Origin: a virus
Virus record (IMG/VR): IMGVR_UViG_3300021963_000030
Strand: one strand, 5' to 3'
DNA: 64,000 nucleotides
The translations under genes and the position numbers were made by a program. Under the pieces are notes generated by a model. That model was not told the DNA's origin. It made no database searches and saw nothing but the letters and a program-made list of their open reading frames with translations. This document shows, piece by piece, positions 25,964-37,081 of the stretch; positions within the stretch are counted from its first letter, which is position 1; every line of letters starts with the position of its first letter.

Positions 25964-28900
25964 ATGCCATATAGTTATCTAAATTTTGATGAGACGACAC
26001 TAAACACTGGAATAGCTAGTGGTTCATATTTTGCTCCAAATTTGCAAGAGTTGTATGAACAACAGTATCTAAACCGTGAACGTTTTTTTGGAACTTCCGA
26101 TAGTGATATTATTGAATATAGTCTATACAATAGTTCACAAGAGAGTATTGCGTTCAATAGAGTTGTTCCTACAGTTTCGTTTTCGATTGTTCAAGGTTCA
26201 TATTATGATATCAACAATCGATTGACATTCTATAACTTCGCAAAACCATTTACAAACTATGCGAAGTTTAACAATAACATTTTGATTGATACCCAAGATG
26301 TTCTTAAAAAGACACAAATTGCGCCTGGTTTATATTACGTTTTATACAATTTTATTCGTAACGTAGCTGGTAATAATCAAAATAGACTAGTCATTAAAGA
26401 GATATCTCCAAGCAGAACAGAATTACGTTTATCGTTTGCATTTAATACAACTTTGACTCCACAAAATGCTTTGGATGCCACGAAGGTATCAGCATTTGCC
26501 GACAAGAAGTATTTGTTTCTACAAATTTCTACGTTCATAAATCAGATCATTGATAACAACCCAATATCTGAAACCTTTGTTCGTAATTCAGTAAACTATA
26601 ATTACAACGCAATTGCGCAAAGTCTTGGTCTTCAAAATGCGGCTGAGTTGCAAGAGTTTATTATTCAGACATATGTGGGGTTTGATAAGATCATTACATT
26701 GTCAAATGATGCTGATCAATCGATTCAACAAGCGTCAAAGTTTATTGGAATTGATGATCAAATCAAGAATTTTACATACACATACAATTCTACAGAGTTT
26801 AGTGCAGATGAAATTTTGTTGGCGTTCAAAACCATCGTTACCAAAGTATCTCAAGATAGAATTCTTCAAAAGACTTCGATCAACCAAATACAACTTCAAA
26901 GTATTTTGGACTTGTTCGTCAAGATTATTTATACCGATTGGTTGGAGCCACAAACAACATTGCTTTTGACCGAATATGCTAACAAATATTTTGGTTTGTT
27001 CAAGAACGCATTGAACTTTGACAATGGTAATTTGGTCAAGATTCTCAATCATACAAACTACTTCAATCCAATTGATGGTAGAGTAAACGTTCAAGTTAAA
27101 TTAGAAGATCCACTTCCACTAGAGTATGATATTAGAACCACATGTTGGATTTCTAACATCTCTATTGCTCCAATCTACTTCAAAGTTAATTTGTTTGCGG
27201 AGGCTATAAAACGAAACGTTTCTTTGAATGGAGTCAATTTTACAGTCAATGTAGATTCGGCAGATGCTACCAATCAAAAGTTTTCAGAACACGATGTCAA
27301 TACGTTGTTTTCTGCCAAGTCTAGGTTGAAACAAAGAATCAATGATCTTTTGATCGACTATGATAATTTTTATAACTTCATAGTATATTCTTCAGCTGAA
27401 CTTAGGACTAAAATTGCGAAGAACAAGATCTCTGACTACAATAAACTTGAGACTCAAAAGGGATTGGTTCAAACTGCAGCAAGTTCTTCGAATCAAACTA
27501 TACGTGCAACTTACACAACTGAAATTGATCGAATTGTTCAATCTCAAATTGACATATTGAATTCTCTTGATGACTATGAATCATATTTGTTTTTCAATAC
27601 ATCAAGCATCGATGATAAAATTGAAGACGGTATCGACTATGATCAAAACAACGTTGATAGTTTGATCAATCAGTTACCTGAATATCTTCGTGATGACAGT
27701 CAATCAGCGGATTACTTGAAATTCACTTCGATGGTTGGTCATTTCTTTGATAATATTTTGGTATACATCAAGAAGTTTCCAAAGACATATCCATTGGGAG
27801 TATCGGAGTTAAGTGACTATCCAAAGAATTTTCTCGATGAATTGTTGAATTCGTTTAGTTGGAATACCAACAACTTTAAATTCCAAAACAGCAACATTTC
27901 TCAATATTTGTTTAATAATAGTGAAATTTCTAGTTCACTATCAAGCTCTTATTTTGATTACGGTAAGAAAATCTTGAATCGATTTGCAAACAACTTACCT
28001 TATATCTACAAAACCAAGGGAACTGCAACATCATTAGATTTGATCAGATCTTTGTTTGGTATACCATCTGAATTGATTCAACTTCGTGAATATGGAAGCA
28101 CTGATGTAAATGTCAATCGTCAAAATTATTATGACTTTGAAGACATCATTTATTTAACAAGAATCAAAGATGATCGTTACATAAAGTTTGATTATGTCCA
28201 CGATGATTATACTTTCATAACTGGATCAACACTTGATTATAGTGGATCATCCGCTGGTATATTCACTTCGTCTAGAGAGCAAACTGAGATATTTACTGGA
28301 TACGATACTTTCGAAGCTTCGTTTAGATTTAAATCGACTAACTATAAATTCAACGACAAAATTCCAATCGTTAAAAAGATTAGAAATAACAAAATTGACT
28401 GGCAAGTATACATCAAAAAAACTCAACAAACTGAGTCTGGTATTTTGATATTCGATTTACATCCTCCAGAAAGTAGTTTTACATCAAGTATAGTCTTGGA
28501 TGAATTACCATATTTGAATGGTAATGTCTTTACATTCATGATTTCCCGTGATATCAAAGAAGGGTATCAATATGATAGTATAACACCAGAATTCAGTAGT
28601 AGTATTAGTAGTAGTGGACCAAACACTTGGTCTCTACAATTTACAACTTCATCTGCTGCCGAAAAATATGTTCCCAACACATATACATTTGTGGTGAATC
28701 AGTATGACGGATCGTTGAGAAATTTTCGTAGTATAAGAACCAAGCTTATTAAGTATTCTCAAAATAGATATTTTCCAAGTGGCAGTTACTACATTGGTAA
28801 TTATTATACGTCGTATGTTCCTCCAGTAAAGTTTGATGGAAACATTGATAAGATCAAAGTATTTCGTGATCCATTGAGTTTGGAAGATTTTGATGAACAT

Positions 28901-30469
28901 AGCTATAATATTGATTCTATTTCAATACCAGAAAAATCGGAGGTATATGAAAACTTGTTGTATTTGTGGAGCTTTGATACTCCATATGAATTGTGGCCAG
29001 CAAGTGCAAGTTTGAACACTCCATTTTCGTCATCTGTGAGTGGATCAATTGTGATATCATCAACACAATTGGGTATACCAAACCAAAACGTTTATTATTC
29101 ATCATATTTTACCGCATCTAACTTTGGTGGGGAGTCTGTAGTTCAACCATATCCATCATGTGCTCCCGCATTGGTATCTACGTTCCCATATCAATTTGAT
29201 AAAGTTGTGTTGAATCAAGCAATCAACTCAAATCGATTTGGTCCAAATTATAAGAACAATGTAAAGATCAATAAGATAGATGAATTCGCAACTTCAAACT
29301 TGGTTCCATACGACTATTCTACCAAAACAAATGATATAGTTGGTAGTGATAGTAACGTTGTAGGATTTTATATCAGTCCATACACATACTTGGAAAACAA
29401 GATAGAAAACTTTTTGGGTAAGGAAGGTATTACTGATGTAATTGGTGATCCTAGATACTTGACCAGTCAAAATTATCCAGAGTTAGACATCAGACTGAGA
29501 GAGTTTGCGTCTACTGGTAAAAAATATATCTACCCACAAGAGTTTTATACAACTTACAAACTTTACATAGACTTCTCAATATTCGATTACATCAAAAATG
29601 TAGTTCCAAATCGTGCGTCTATCAAACGTGGTTTGTTAATTGAGCCATCGATATTGGAGAGAAAGAAGTTTAACTATAAAGACATCACTTATAATGTAAG
29701 TGGGTTGTATACGTCAAGCATTTATTTTGATAATGCGGCTCATCTATCGCCAACGTTTACCACTGGTAGTCCGATGAACATTCGTGTTGAGTCATTGAAC
29801 ACGTATGATACTGATCGAAATCAGTATAATTATGAACGCTTTGAAATACCACCTTCAATCGACGATAGAGACTTTATTTACTCAAAGTATGGAAAGTATG
29901 TTAATGTTGATTCAAACGGTTATCATATAAGAAACACATACACTGTGTCTGACAACGAATATTATCAAATGTTGAATGATAATGGTGAGGTAGTCACCTT
30001 TACATCTAGTTTCAAACAAGTTCAGATAATTGGATCTGGATCTGTAACAGGGTCTACTGCGTTTACTGAAATATATCGTGGTGAAGGAAATACTGGTTAT
30101 TCTCCAAGACACTTGAGCAAAATAATGATGGCTGGATCTAGACAGACATATACAGCTGTTAGTGCTTCTCATTTTGTTATTAATAATGGTGTGAAAGTAT
30201 TTGCTCCCGCCCAAGTTACCTATTACACATACATTAAGGGTAAGAATGATTCAACCACAACGGTAAATCGTAAGGGTTTGCCAAATGGTTCTAGTCCAGT
30301 CACTACAATACCAGGCTATTTGAGTTTGGATATTAGTAGTAGTAATTTCCCAGTGTATGGAACCACAACCGGTTCTGCTGGTGATCCAAATGGTCTATTT
30401 GTTCAGTTACCATTGACTGCTTCTATGGAAACTAGCGCAAGTCTAGACAAATACATCATGAATTTATAA
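25964..30469 (+). CDS. Large baseplate wedge protein, 1501 aa
   Basis: LPEYL..MVGHFFDNI and YIYKTKGTATSL..LFGIP wedge (gp7-like) motifs. Confidence 0.65.
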   Translation: MPYSYLNFDETTLNTGIASGSYFAPNLQELYEQQYLNRERFFGTSDSDIIEYSLYNSSQESIAFNRVVPTVSFSIVQGSYYDINNRLTFYNFAKPFTNYAKFNNNILIDTQDVLKKTQIAPGLYYVLYNFIRNVAGNNQNRLVIKEISPSRTELRLSFAFNTTLTPQNALDATKVSAFADKKYLFLQISTFINQIIDNNPISETFVRNSVNYNYNAIAQSLGLQNAAELQEFIIQTYVGFDKIITLSNDADQSIQQASKFIGIDDQIKNFTYTYNSTEFSADEILLAFKTIVTKVSQDRILQKTSINQIQLQSILDLFVKIIYTDWLEPQTTLLLTEYANKYFGLFKNALNFDNGNLVKILNHTNYFNPIDGRVNVQVKLEDPLPLEYDIRTTCWISNISIAPIYFKVNLFAEAIKRNVSLNGVNFTVNVDSADATNQKFSEHDVNTLFSAKSRLKQRINDLLIDYDNFYNFIVYSSAELRTKIAKNKISDYNKLETQKGLVQTAASSSNQTIRATYTTEIDRIVQSQIDILNSLDDYESYLFFNTSSIDDKIEDGIDYDQNNVDSLINQLPEYLRDDSQSADYLKFTSMVGHFFDNILVYIKKFPKTYPLGVSELSDYPKNFLDELLNSFSWNTNNFKFQNSNISQYLFNNSEISSSLSSSYFDYGKKILNRFANNLPYIYKTKGTATSLDLIRSLFGIPSELIQLREYGSTDVNVNRQNYYDFEDIIYLTRIKDDRYIKFDYVHDDYTFITGSTLDYSGSSAGIFTSSREQTEIFTGYDTFEASFRFKSTNYKFNDKIPIVKKIRNNKIDWQVYIKKTQQTESGILIFDLHPPESSFTSSIVLDELPYLNGNVFTFMISRDIKEGYQYDSITPEFSSSISSSGPNTWSLQFTTSSAAEKYVPNTYTFVVNQYDGSLRNFRSIRTKLIKYSQNRYFPSGSYYIGNYYTSYVPPVKFDGNIDKIKVFRDPLSLEDFDEHSYNIDSISIPEKSEVYENLLYLWSFDTPYELWPASASLNTPFSSSVSGSIVISSTQLGIPNQNVYYSSYFTASNFGGESVVQPYPSCAPALVSTFPYQFDKVVLNQAINSNRFGPNYKNNVKINKIDEFATSNLVPYDYSTKTNDIVGSDSNVVGFYISPYTYLENKIENFLGKEGITDVIGDPRYLTSQNYPELDIRLREFASTGKKYIYPQEFYTTYKLYIDFSIFDYIKNVVPNRASIKRGLLIEPSILERKKFNYKDITYNVSGLYTSSIYFDNAAHLSPTFTTGSPMNIRVESLNTYDTDRNQYNYERFEIPPSIDDRDFIYSKYGKYVNVDSNGYHIRNTYTVSDNEYYQMLNDNGEVVTFTSSFKQVQIIGSGSVTGSTAFTEIYRGEGNTGYSPRHLSKIMMAGSRQTYTAVSASHFVINNGVKVFAPAQVTYYTYIKGKNDSTTTVNRKGLPNGSSPVTTIPGYLSLDISSSNFPVYGTTTGSAGDPNGLFVQLPLTASMETSASLDKYIMNL

Positions 30470-30515
30470 TATCAATTTTGATGTAAAACATAAAATCTCT
30501 GATAATTATTTATAT

Positions 30516-31157
30516 ATGGCATACTTAGACAACAATGTGATCACGATCAACGCGGTCTTGACCAAGAAGGGTCGTGAAATCCTAGCAAAAACAGGTGGAT
30601 TAAACATTACAGCATTTGCTTTGGCAGATGATGAGATTGACTATACACAGTTCAATCCAGACCATCCGATGGGAAGTGCTTATTACGATATTGCGATTCG
30701 TAATACACCAGTTATGGAACCTATCACTGATGAATCACAGTTGATGAAGTATAAGTTGGTTACACTTAATCAAGGTGTTACTGCGGTTCCTACAATCAGC
30801 GTAGCACAATCTGTTATTACGGTTGATAGAGATTATACAGGCGATATTAGTATTAGTCCAAGCACCAATCCAACTTACAACGTAACTTTGGGCTATACTG
30901 CAATTTTGGCAAACAAGAATGTAGGAACGTTAATTGTAACAGAAACCAACAGTTTGAACTCTACCACAGCAACCGTTCCATCGTTCTCTGGCGATTTAGC
31001 ATCTCAAACTTCTCAAGTTGTGGTAGGTAACAAGTTTAGATTCGTTCCAAATGCGTCTTTGGCAAAAACCACCACCACAAATATTACTATCATAGGTAAC
31101 GAAAGTGGTGGAAATACGTCAATTACGGTTACTGTAAGAGTCCCAACAACAACTTAA
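30516..31157 (+). CDS. Baseplate or tail structural protein
   Basis: AVLTKKGREILA..ITAFALADDEIDY, resembling tail-collar fibre N-terminal domains; late motif at 30507. Confidence 0.65.
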   Translation: MAYLDNNVITINAVLTKKGREILAKTGGLNITAFALADDEIDYTQFNPDHPMGSAYYDIAIRNTPVMEPITDESQLMKYKLVTLNQGVTAVPTISVAQSVITVDRDYTGDISISPSTNPTYNVTLGYTAILANKNVGTLIVTETNSLNSTTATVPSFSGDLASQTSQVVVGNKFRFVPNASLAKTTTTNITIIGNESGGNTSITVTVRVPTTT

Positions 31158-31165
31158 ACTGAATT

Positions 31166-32278
31166 ATGATATTTAGTCAATTTACAAGTGATGACATTGT
31201 AGTAGGTAGAATAAACCAAGTATCTTCTGGATTATTCGGAACTGGTAGTTTGTATGTAACTCAATCTAGATTTACTACATCTTCCGCACAAGCAAATAAT
31301 CTTACAGGATCTTCTCCATTCGATGTCAAAAATGGACAGTATTACTTGAACGTTTTATTGGACGGCGAAACATATTTTGCTATTGCTTACGGTGACTACG
31401 AAAATAGCGGTAGTTCTAAGTATGATAACGCATCGTTGTCAAATCCGCCAGTATTGACCAACGAATCCAAGGTAATTTATTCTCAATACAAAAACACATT
31501 GTTGCAACCAGGCGATCAATTGTTCTCGTTTGCTTCAGGCAGTATTACAACTCCAGTTGATAGTGAGAACATATTTGTAATGAATTATTCGTCTGATAAG
31601 ATCAAAGATCAATTGGACCCAGGTCAAATTCAAATCAATTTGTCTGGATCTAGCGGATCATATTCTTACATCGATGATTCGCAAGTAATCAATAAACAAC
31701 AAAACGTATATAATTTGATTTCTGGATCAGTTATCGCGGGTGTTGCTACTCCATATCTTGTGAATGGAAGTCCAGTATATGCTGGTATCGGATTGTTCTA
31801 TCCATCAAATGGTGTGGTTATTTTTAATGCTGAAAAGGTTGATAAACAAGTTGGTCTTACAAGAGGCAATGATATTTTGACTAGACTTGCAAATACTCCA
31901 TCAAATTATAATGGATTAAACTCTTATCAAAATGCGTATCGTTTGTGGCAAAGGTCATTCTTTAATGCTGTAAAGCTCAGTCGAAAGACAATGGCAGCCC
32001 GTAAGAGTGAGTTTGTTCCATCTACAAACTACTTCGTTCGTGTGAAGAACAAGGAGTTTAATTATAGTAACAATCCTACATTTGTATCTGATGGAACTGA
32101 TGGACTTACCAAGGGAACAATCATCTATCAAGATTTGATCAACAATCCAAGAACTTATATTACCAGTGTTGGTTTGTATAACTCTAACAATGAACTACTT
32201 GCTATCGGTAAGATCAGTAGACCAGTTCAAAAGAGTTTTGATAGTGAACTGTTGATAAAAGTCCGTATCGATTTCTAA
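31166..32278 (+). CDS. Baseplate or tail structural protein
   Basis: C-terminal YITSVGLYNSNNELLAIGKISRPVQK collar-type motif. Confidence 0.65.
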   Translation: MIFSQFTSDDIVVGRINQVSSGLFGTGSLYVTQSRFTTSSAQANNLTGSSPFDVKNGQYYLNVLLDGETYFAIAYGDYENSGSSKYDNASLSNPPVLTNESKVIYSQYKNTLLQPGDQLFSFASGSITTPVDSENIFVMNYSSDKIKDQLDPGQIQINLSGSSGSYSYIDDSQVINKQQNVYNLISGSVIAGVATPYLVNGSPVYAGIGLFYPSNGVVIFNAEKVDKQVGLTRGNDILTRLANTPSNYNGLNSYQNAYRLWQRSFFNAVKLSRKTMAARKSEFVPSTNYFVRVKNKEFNYSNNPTFVSDGTDGLTKGTIIYQDLINNPRTYITSVGLYNSNNELLAIGKISRPVQKSFDSELLIKVRIDF

Positions 32279-32299
32279 TACAATCCTATTTATATTAGG

Positions 32300-33943
32300 A
32301 TGATCAAGTTTTTTAGAAATCAAGATATTATTTTGACTCCATTCACTCTTGCGAAACCGCAGGAGATGAATAGTATTTTCAATGATCTAATTGCGGTGAA
32401 TGATGGAGACGAAGTTTATGCACTATCGACTCCAACTTTGGCATGTGATGATACGACTTCTGGTAGTTGTTATGAAACTACAGTTGAAGGATTTTTAGGA
32501 GTAAGTCAGTTTGATGATGGAATAGCTCTCCAGATAGGTATTTACGTTCCATCAAGTTCTGTATTTTACCCAAGTGGAAGTCCAGATTATAATGCTTCGA
32601 CAAATCCTCAAAATTTGGACGGAACTTATCAACGTCAAGTTTATAATACAGTCAAAAAGATGTATTATAACAACTACAATAACGCATACAACATGTTTGG
32701 TATTGATGGGTATGACAACTCGTTGATGACAAGCAGTCTTACAAACGATATATCTGTTTTTAGTTTGACCATCAGTCAAGCAGGCGACAAAATCAGACCA
32801 AATACGGTTGTAATAAGTAATCAAAGTGGTGACATCGTAGCAGACATAATTGATGATGGAAATTACAACTTGATACTTTCTGGAACTTACTTTATAAACA
32901 AATATCCATTAAGTTCCGATTCAAGAGATTTGACTACTCCTTTGAATATTTGTGGTTTGGGTGCATATTTGTCAGATCCATATAATATTGAACCATGTTG
33001 TAATATAACTCCAACTCCCACACCTACTCCAGCTCCCACATCAACGCCAACTCCTACGCCAACACCTACTGCTACAAGCACACCAACTCCTACTGCTACT
33101 GCAACTCCTACGCCTACTGGCGCGCCAACAAATACGCCTACACCAACTCCGACCAATACGCCTACGCCAACACCTACAAATACCCCTACAAACACTCCAA
33201 CGGCTACTCCAACTCCAACCCCTGAACCTCCGACTGCTACGCCAACACCTACCCCAACTGCTACACCAACACCAACACCTGGTGGACCAACTGCAACTCC
33301 AACTCCTACACCAACTCCCACACCTACAAACACTCCAACGCCTACACCAGAACCGCCTACACCTACTCCGGTTCCTACAAATACACCTACCCCAACTGTC
33401 ACACCTACTCCGACGCCTACGCCTACACCGGAACCACCAACTCCGACGCCTACTCCTACTCCAGCGCCTGGTGACTTTTTTTACGTTGAAGCACGTATCT
33501 TTGGATCTTGTTCATCTGAACCCAATTGTATTGAATATCCTTCGTGCGTCCCATGTTGGGATGGAACGGGTGTTCAAGATTTGTGTCCTCCAGGAAATAT
33601 TGCGGTGAGTGTTACTGTTACTACTTATAACCAAGGTGGCGCCATAATGGAAAGCGTAGGCGACGAACAATCAACAATTTCATGTGGTGTAGTCCCATCA
33701 CAAAAAGTTGTGACTATACGATATAATTCGGCATTCCTAGGAGTAACAAGTTCTAATACAGCAATACAAGTTGTAAAGACAGAACCAAGGCTCGATAATA
33801 TAACAGGTTGTTGCACAACAATAACATCTCCAGGCACACCTAATACAGTTGATGATATTATTGCAAAAATAAATTATGCTATAAATAATAGCCTTGGATC
33901 TGGAACAGTTGGCGATCCATATCGCATGGATGTTTTCACCTAA
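32300..33943 (+). CDS. Virion protein with a mucin-like Pro/Thr repeat and Cys-rich flanks
   Basis: About 150-aa (PT)n tract; late motif at 32287; last gene of the structural run before the GT cluster. Confidence 0.85.
   Translation: MIKFFRNQDIILTPFTLAKPQEMNSIFNDLIAVNDGDEVYALSTPTLACDDTTSGSCYETTVEGFLGVSQFDDGIALQIGIYVPSSSVFYPSGSPDYNASTNPQNLDGTYQRQVYNTVKKMYYNNYNNAYNMFGIDGYDNSLMTSSLTNDISVFSLTISQAGDKIRPNTVVISNQSGDIVADIIDDGNYNLILSGTYFINKYPLSSDSRDLTTPLNICGLGAYLSDPYNIEPCCNITPTPTPTPAPTSTPTPTPTPTATSTPTPTATATPTPTGAPTNTPTPTPTNTPTPTPTNTPTNTPTATPTPTPEPPTATPTPTPTATPTPTPGGPTATPTPTPTPTPTNTPTPTPEPPTPTPVPTNTPTPTVTPTPTPTPTPEPPTPTPTPTPAPGDFFYVEARIFGSCSSEPNCIEYPSCVPCWDGTGVQDLCPPGNIAVSVTVTTYNQGGAIMESVGDEQSTISCGVVPSQKVVTIRYNSAFLGVTSSNTAIQVVKTEPRLDNITGCCTTITSPGTPNTVDDIIAKINYAINNSLGSGTVGDPYRMDVFT
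33008..33469 (+). repeat. Coding low-complexity Pro-Thr repeat
   Basis: TPTPTP.. encoded with mixed ACN/CCN codons. Confidence 0.95.
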
Positions 33944-33988
33944 TTATATCTAATTTCAAGATTGATGTAAGTCTATGTATAATGAGTT

Positions 33989-35236
33989 ATGTCTAAAATA
34001 TTTGTTCAAATTGCCAGTTATAGAGATCCTGAGTTAGTTCCTACAATTAGAGATTTAATTGCTAAAGCCAAATATCCAGAAAATTTGACATTTGGTATAT
34101 GTTGGCAACGTGATGATACCGAGTCACTAGAAGAGTTTACTAATGACCCACGGTTCAGAGTGATGGATGTTCAGTATCAAAAAAGTGAGGGTTTGGGTTG
34201 GGCTAGAAATATAACACAAAAGCTTTGGAAAGACGAAGAATTTACATTACAAATTGATTCACATCATCGATTTGTTCAAGATTGGGATGCGATGTGTATT
34301 GAAGATTATAATCAAGCGTTAGAACTTAGTAAGAAACCAATCATTACAACATACTGCACCCCATTTAATCCAAAAGATGATCCGTCTACTTGGAATCCAG
34401 TTCCTTGTTTGATGAGTCAGTATGAGTTTTCATATGATAAATTGTTGATGAGTATGCCTTGGTTTATTCAAGACTATAAATCAAGAACTAAGGTAATTCG
34501 TGCCAGAACATTATCTGGACATTTTATTTTTACACAAGGAAAGTTCTGTGAGGAGGTTCAGTATGACCCAAGAGTATACTTTGGTGGATACACAGAAGAA
34601 ACGTCTATGAGTTTGAGAGCATACAGCCACGGGTATGATTTCTTCTCACCATACAGAATGATTATGTGGCATGAGTATACCAGAAACTATCGTGTCAAAC
34701 ATTGGGATGATCATGGTCATAAGACAGAACAAATTAAAGTCACCAGCGGAGAACGTGATGTTTTATCTCGTAACCTAGTCAGACAGTTGTTTGGTCAAGA
34801 AAATCATAATATACCATTTGGAGTTTATGGTTTAGGAACTGAACGGACTTTGCGTGACTATGAAGTTGCGTTTGGATTTGATTTTAAGAAGTGTAGAATT
34901 CAAGGTTATACCCTTAAGGTTAATGAACCACCTAATCCAGGCGTGTGGGAAGAAGAGTTTAAACTTGAAAACTACAATATGGTCGTAAATTGGGATGTTG
35001 AGTTTTTCAAAAACAATCAGTTGGATGGATATGAGTTCATAACATTTGGAATATTGGATAAGTTCAGTAATAACTTATATCGTCAAGATTTCAACCCGAA
35101 AGAACATCCCAATATTTTCAATTATACACAAAATACTCACACTGCGAAGTTTGCTAGTGAGAACAAACCGGATAAACTGGTTATGTATGGTCATACAAAA
35201 GCTGGATGGTCTCCTCGATATGAAAAGAGTATATGA
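33989..35236 (+). CDS. GT60-like polypeptide GlcNAc-transferase (Pfam GlcNAc-type)
   Basis: IFVQIASYRDPELVPTIRDL, GLGWARN, LQIDSHHRFVQDWD and EETSMSLRAYSHGYD motifs. Confidence 0.85.
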   Translation: MSKIFVQIASYRDPELVPTIRDLIAKAKYPENLTFGICWQRDDTESLEEFTNDPRFRVMDVQYQKSEGLGWARNITQKLWKDEEFTLQIDSHHRFVQDWDAMCIEDYNQALELSKKPIITTYCTPFNPKDDPSTWNPVPCLMSQYEFSYDKLLMSMPWFIQDYKSRTKVIRARTLSGHFIFTQGKFCEEVQYDPRVYFGGYTEETSMSLRAYSHGYDFFSPYRMIMWHEYTRNYRVKHWDDHGHKTEQIKVTSGERDVLSRNLVRQLFGQENHNIPFGVYGLGTERTLRDYEVAFGFDFKKCRIQGYTLKVNEPPNPGVWEEEFKLENYNMVVNWDVEFFKNNQLDGYEFITFGILDKFSNNLYRQDFNPKEHPNIFNYTQNTHTAKFASENKPDKLVMYGHTKAGWSPRYEKSI

Positions 35237-36327
35237 GAATCGCATTTCTCGTCATAGGAAACACAAGTAGGAGTGGTGTTATCACCGGTAAAAATATAAG
35301 ATACGGCGGATCTAGTTGCTCTGGAACCGAGAGTAGTGTAATTTATGTTGCGGAGTATCTAAAAAAGATTGGACATGACGTAACTATAGCACTTGAGGTT
35401 TGCGATAAAGCTGAAGTCTGTGGTGGCGTCTTATACACAGATTTTTCTTTTAAAGGTGATGATACAAAAGAATATGATGTGTTGGTATCATGTTTGTGGT
35501 TTAATAAATATGATGAATTACCGATCAAAGTAACCAAGGCGGTTGTATATTGGTATCACTTGGCATGGGGATATGCTATGAACGATATGGTTAAGTTTGC
35601 CAAAGATAATAACTTAATCATCGGCACTATATCCGTATCGAATTGGGCAAAAAAAGAAAACGAATCATACAATGTTCCATTTAAGAATTACTCGGATAGA
35701 TATATTGAAGAGGTAATTCCAAATTCGTTAGATGTCCATCTGATCAATTCAGTTTGGAACAAAAAAATTCAAAGAAAAAAACATAAAATCATTCATTTTG
35801 GTCAATGGTCCAGAGGTGGAGACATCGCAAAAAATACCGCATATGAATTAGGGTGGGATGATTTGGTATTTGAGAGTTTTGATTATTTGGATTCGGAACG
35901 GGGGCTTGATAAGACTACACTATATACAAAACTCGCCGAGAGTGATTACTATATATTTCCACTTTTGACTCATGGAAAACTTGTTTATCAAGATACATTT
36001 TCTGTGTCAGTCGCTGAAGCATTAGCTATGGGTGTGACCGTAGTAACATATCCGTTGGGAGCAATACCAGAATATTTTGGTGACTATTGTAAATTTATTG
36101 ACTTTCCAAATGGCGTAAATATGGATGTGTTGTCTAAACTGCGTGTATTTGAAGAACCTAGATTTTCAGACACAACTAACATAATTAAACTGATTAATAC
36201 GATTGAACAAAGTGATGTCAGTGAGTATGACAGAATTTCACAACGTGAGTATATCTGTAATTCATTCAACGTTGAATTTGTAGGTAGTAAATGGAACAAT
36301 TTTCTGAACAACTTATGTATGATTTGA
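35233..36327 (+). CDS. GT-B fold glycosyltransferase (GT4-like)
   Basis: SGTESS..GHDVT; DTFSVSVAEALAMGVTVV donor-binding motif. Confidence 0.85.
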   Translation: MRIAFLVIGNTSRSGVITGKNIRYGGSSCSGTESSVIYVAEYLKKIGHDVTIALEVCDKAEVCGGVLYTDFSFKGDDTKEYDVLVSCLWFNKYDELPIKVTKAVVYWYHLAWGYAMNDMVKFAKDNNLIIGTISVSNWAKKENESYNVPFKNYSDRYIEEVIPNSLDVHLINSVWNKKIQRKKHKIIHFGQWSRGGDIAKNTAYELGWDDLVFESFDYLDSERGLDKTTLYTKLAESDYYIFPLLTHGKLVYQDTFSVSVAEALAMGVTVVTYPLGAIPEYFGDYCKFIDFPNGVNMDVLSKLRVFEEPRFSDTTNIIKLINTIEQSDVSEYDRISQREYICNSFNVEFVGSKWNNFLNNLCMI

Positions 36328-36421
36328 TAGCATTAAAAGATCGTATTTACACAACAATCATAGACCATGAAGATGTTTTTTGTGTGAGTAATGAATACTT
36401 AAAACAACTGGGTAATAATTT

Positions 36422-37081
36422 ATGAATAAAATCGGAGTAGATGTGTATGAAAATTTCAGCCCCATGTATCCATTAGATATGCATGGGTGGATGGCAAATT
36501 CTGAGATATTTGAAAAGTTAATAACAAAATGTAGACCAGATACCATCATAGAAGTTGGAACTTGGAAAGGTAGATCTGCAATAACAATGTCAGAGATTGT
36601 AAAAAAACTAGGACTGGATTGTAAAATATATTGTATAGATACTTGGCTTGGCGCTTTAGAATTTTGGGGCAACGATATTCCTGTAGAAAAGAATTTGTTT
36701 TTGAAGAATGGATATCCACAGATATATTATCAATTTTTGTCCAACGTTGTTCATACAAACAATCAAGATATTATTACACCCGTGCCTCTTCCATCAAATT
36801 TAGCGGCTAAATTGTTGAAAAATAATCAAATAAAATCTCAACTTATTTATATAGATGGTTCACATGAAACCGATGATGTATATGCGGACATGACTAACTA
36901 CAGTAAATTATTAACCCCAGGCGGAATAATGTTTGGTGATGATTATACTTGGTATACCGTAAAAGACGGAGTTCGTAAATTTGTTGATGAAAATAAATGT
37001 GGACAAAATATGACTTATGAGTTTGATCCAAATCCAGAAGCAGGTCCTATAAATTGGATATATGAAAAACCCAAATTATGA
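36422..37081 (+). CDS. Class I SAM-dependent methyltransferase (Methyltransf_24-like)
   Basis: IEVGTWKGRS, LIYIDGSH and GGIMFGDDY motifs. Confidence 0.9.
   Translation: MNKIGVDVYENFSPMYPLDMHGWMANSEIFEKLITKCRPDTIIEVGTWKGRSAITMSEIVKKLGLDCKIYCIDTWLGALEFWGNDIPVEKNLFLKNGYPQIYYQFLSNVVHTNNQDIITPVPLPSNLAAKLLKNNQIKSQLIYIDGSHETDDVYADMTNYSKLLTPGGIMFGDDYTWYTVKDGVRKFVDENKCGQNMTYEFDPNPEAGPINWIYEKPKL

Noticed and set aside
33008-33469. CRISPR-like or DNA-level repeat array
   Set aside because: The periodicity is at codon level with synonymous variation inside an ORF, and there are no repeat-spacer units; the same applies to 14823-15008
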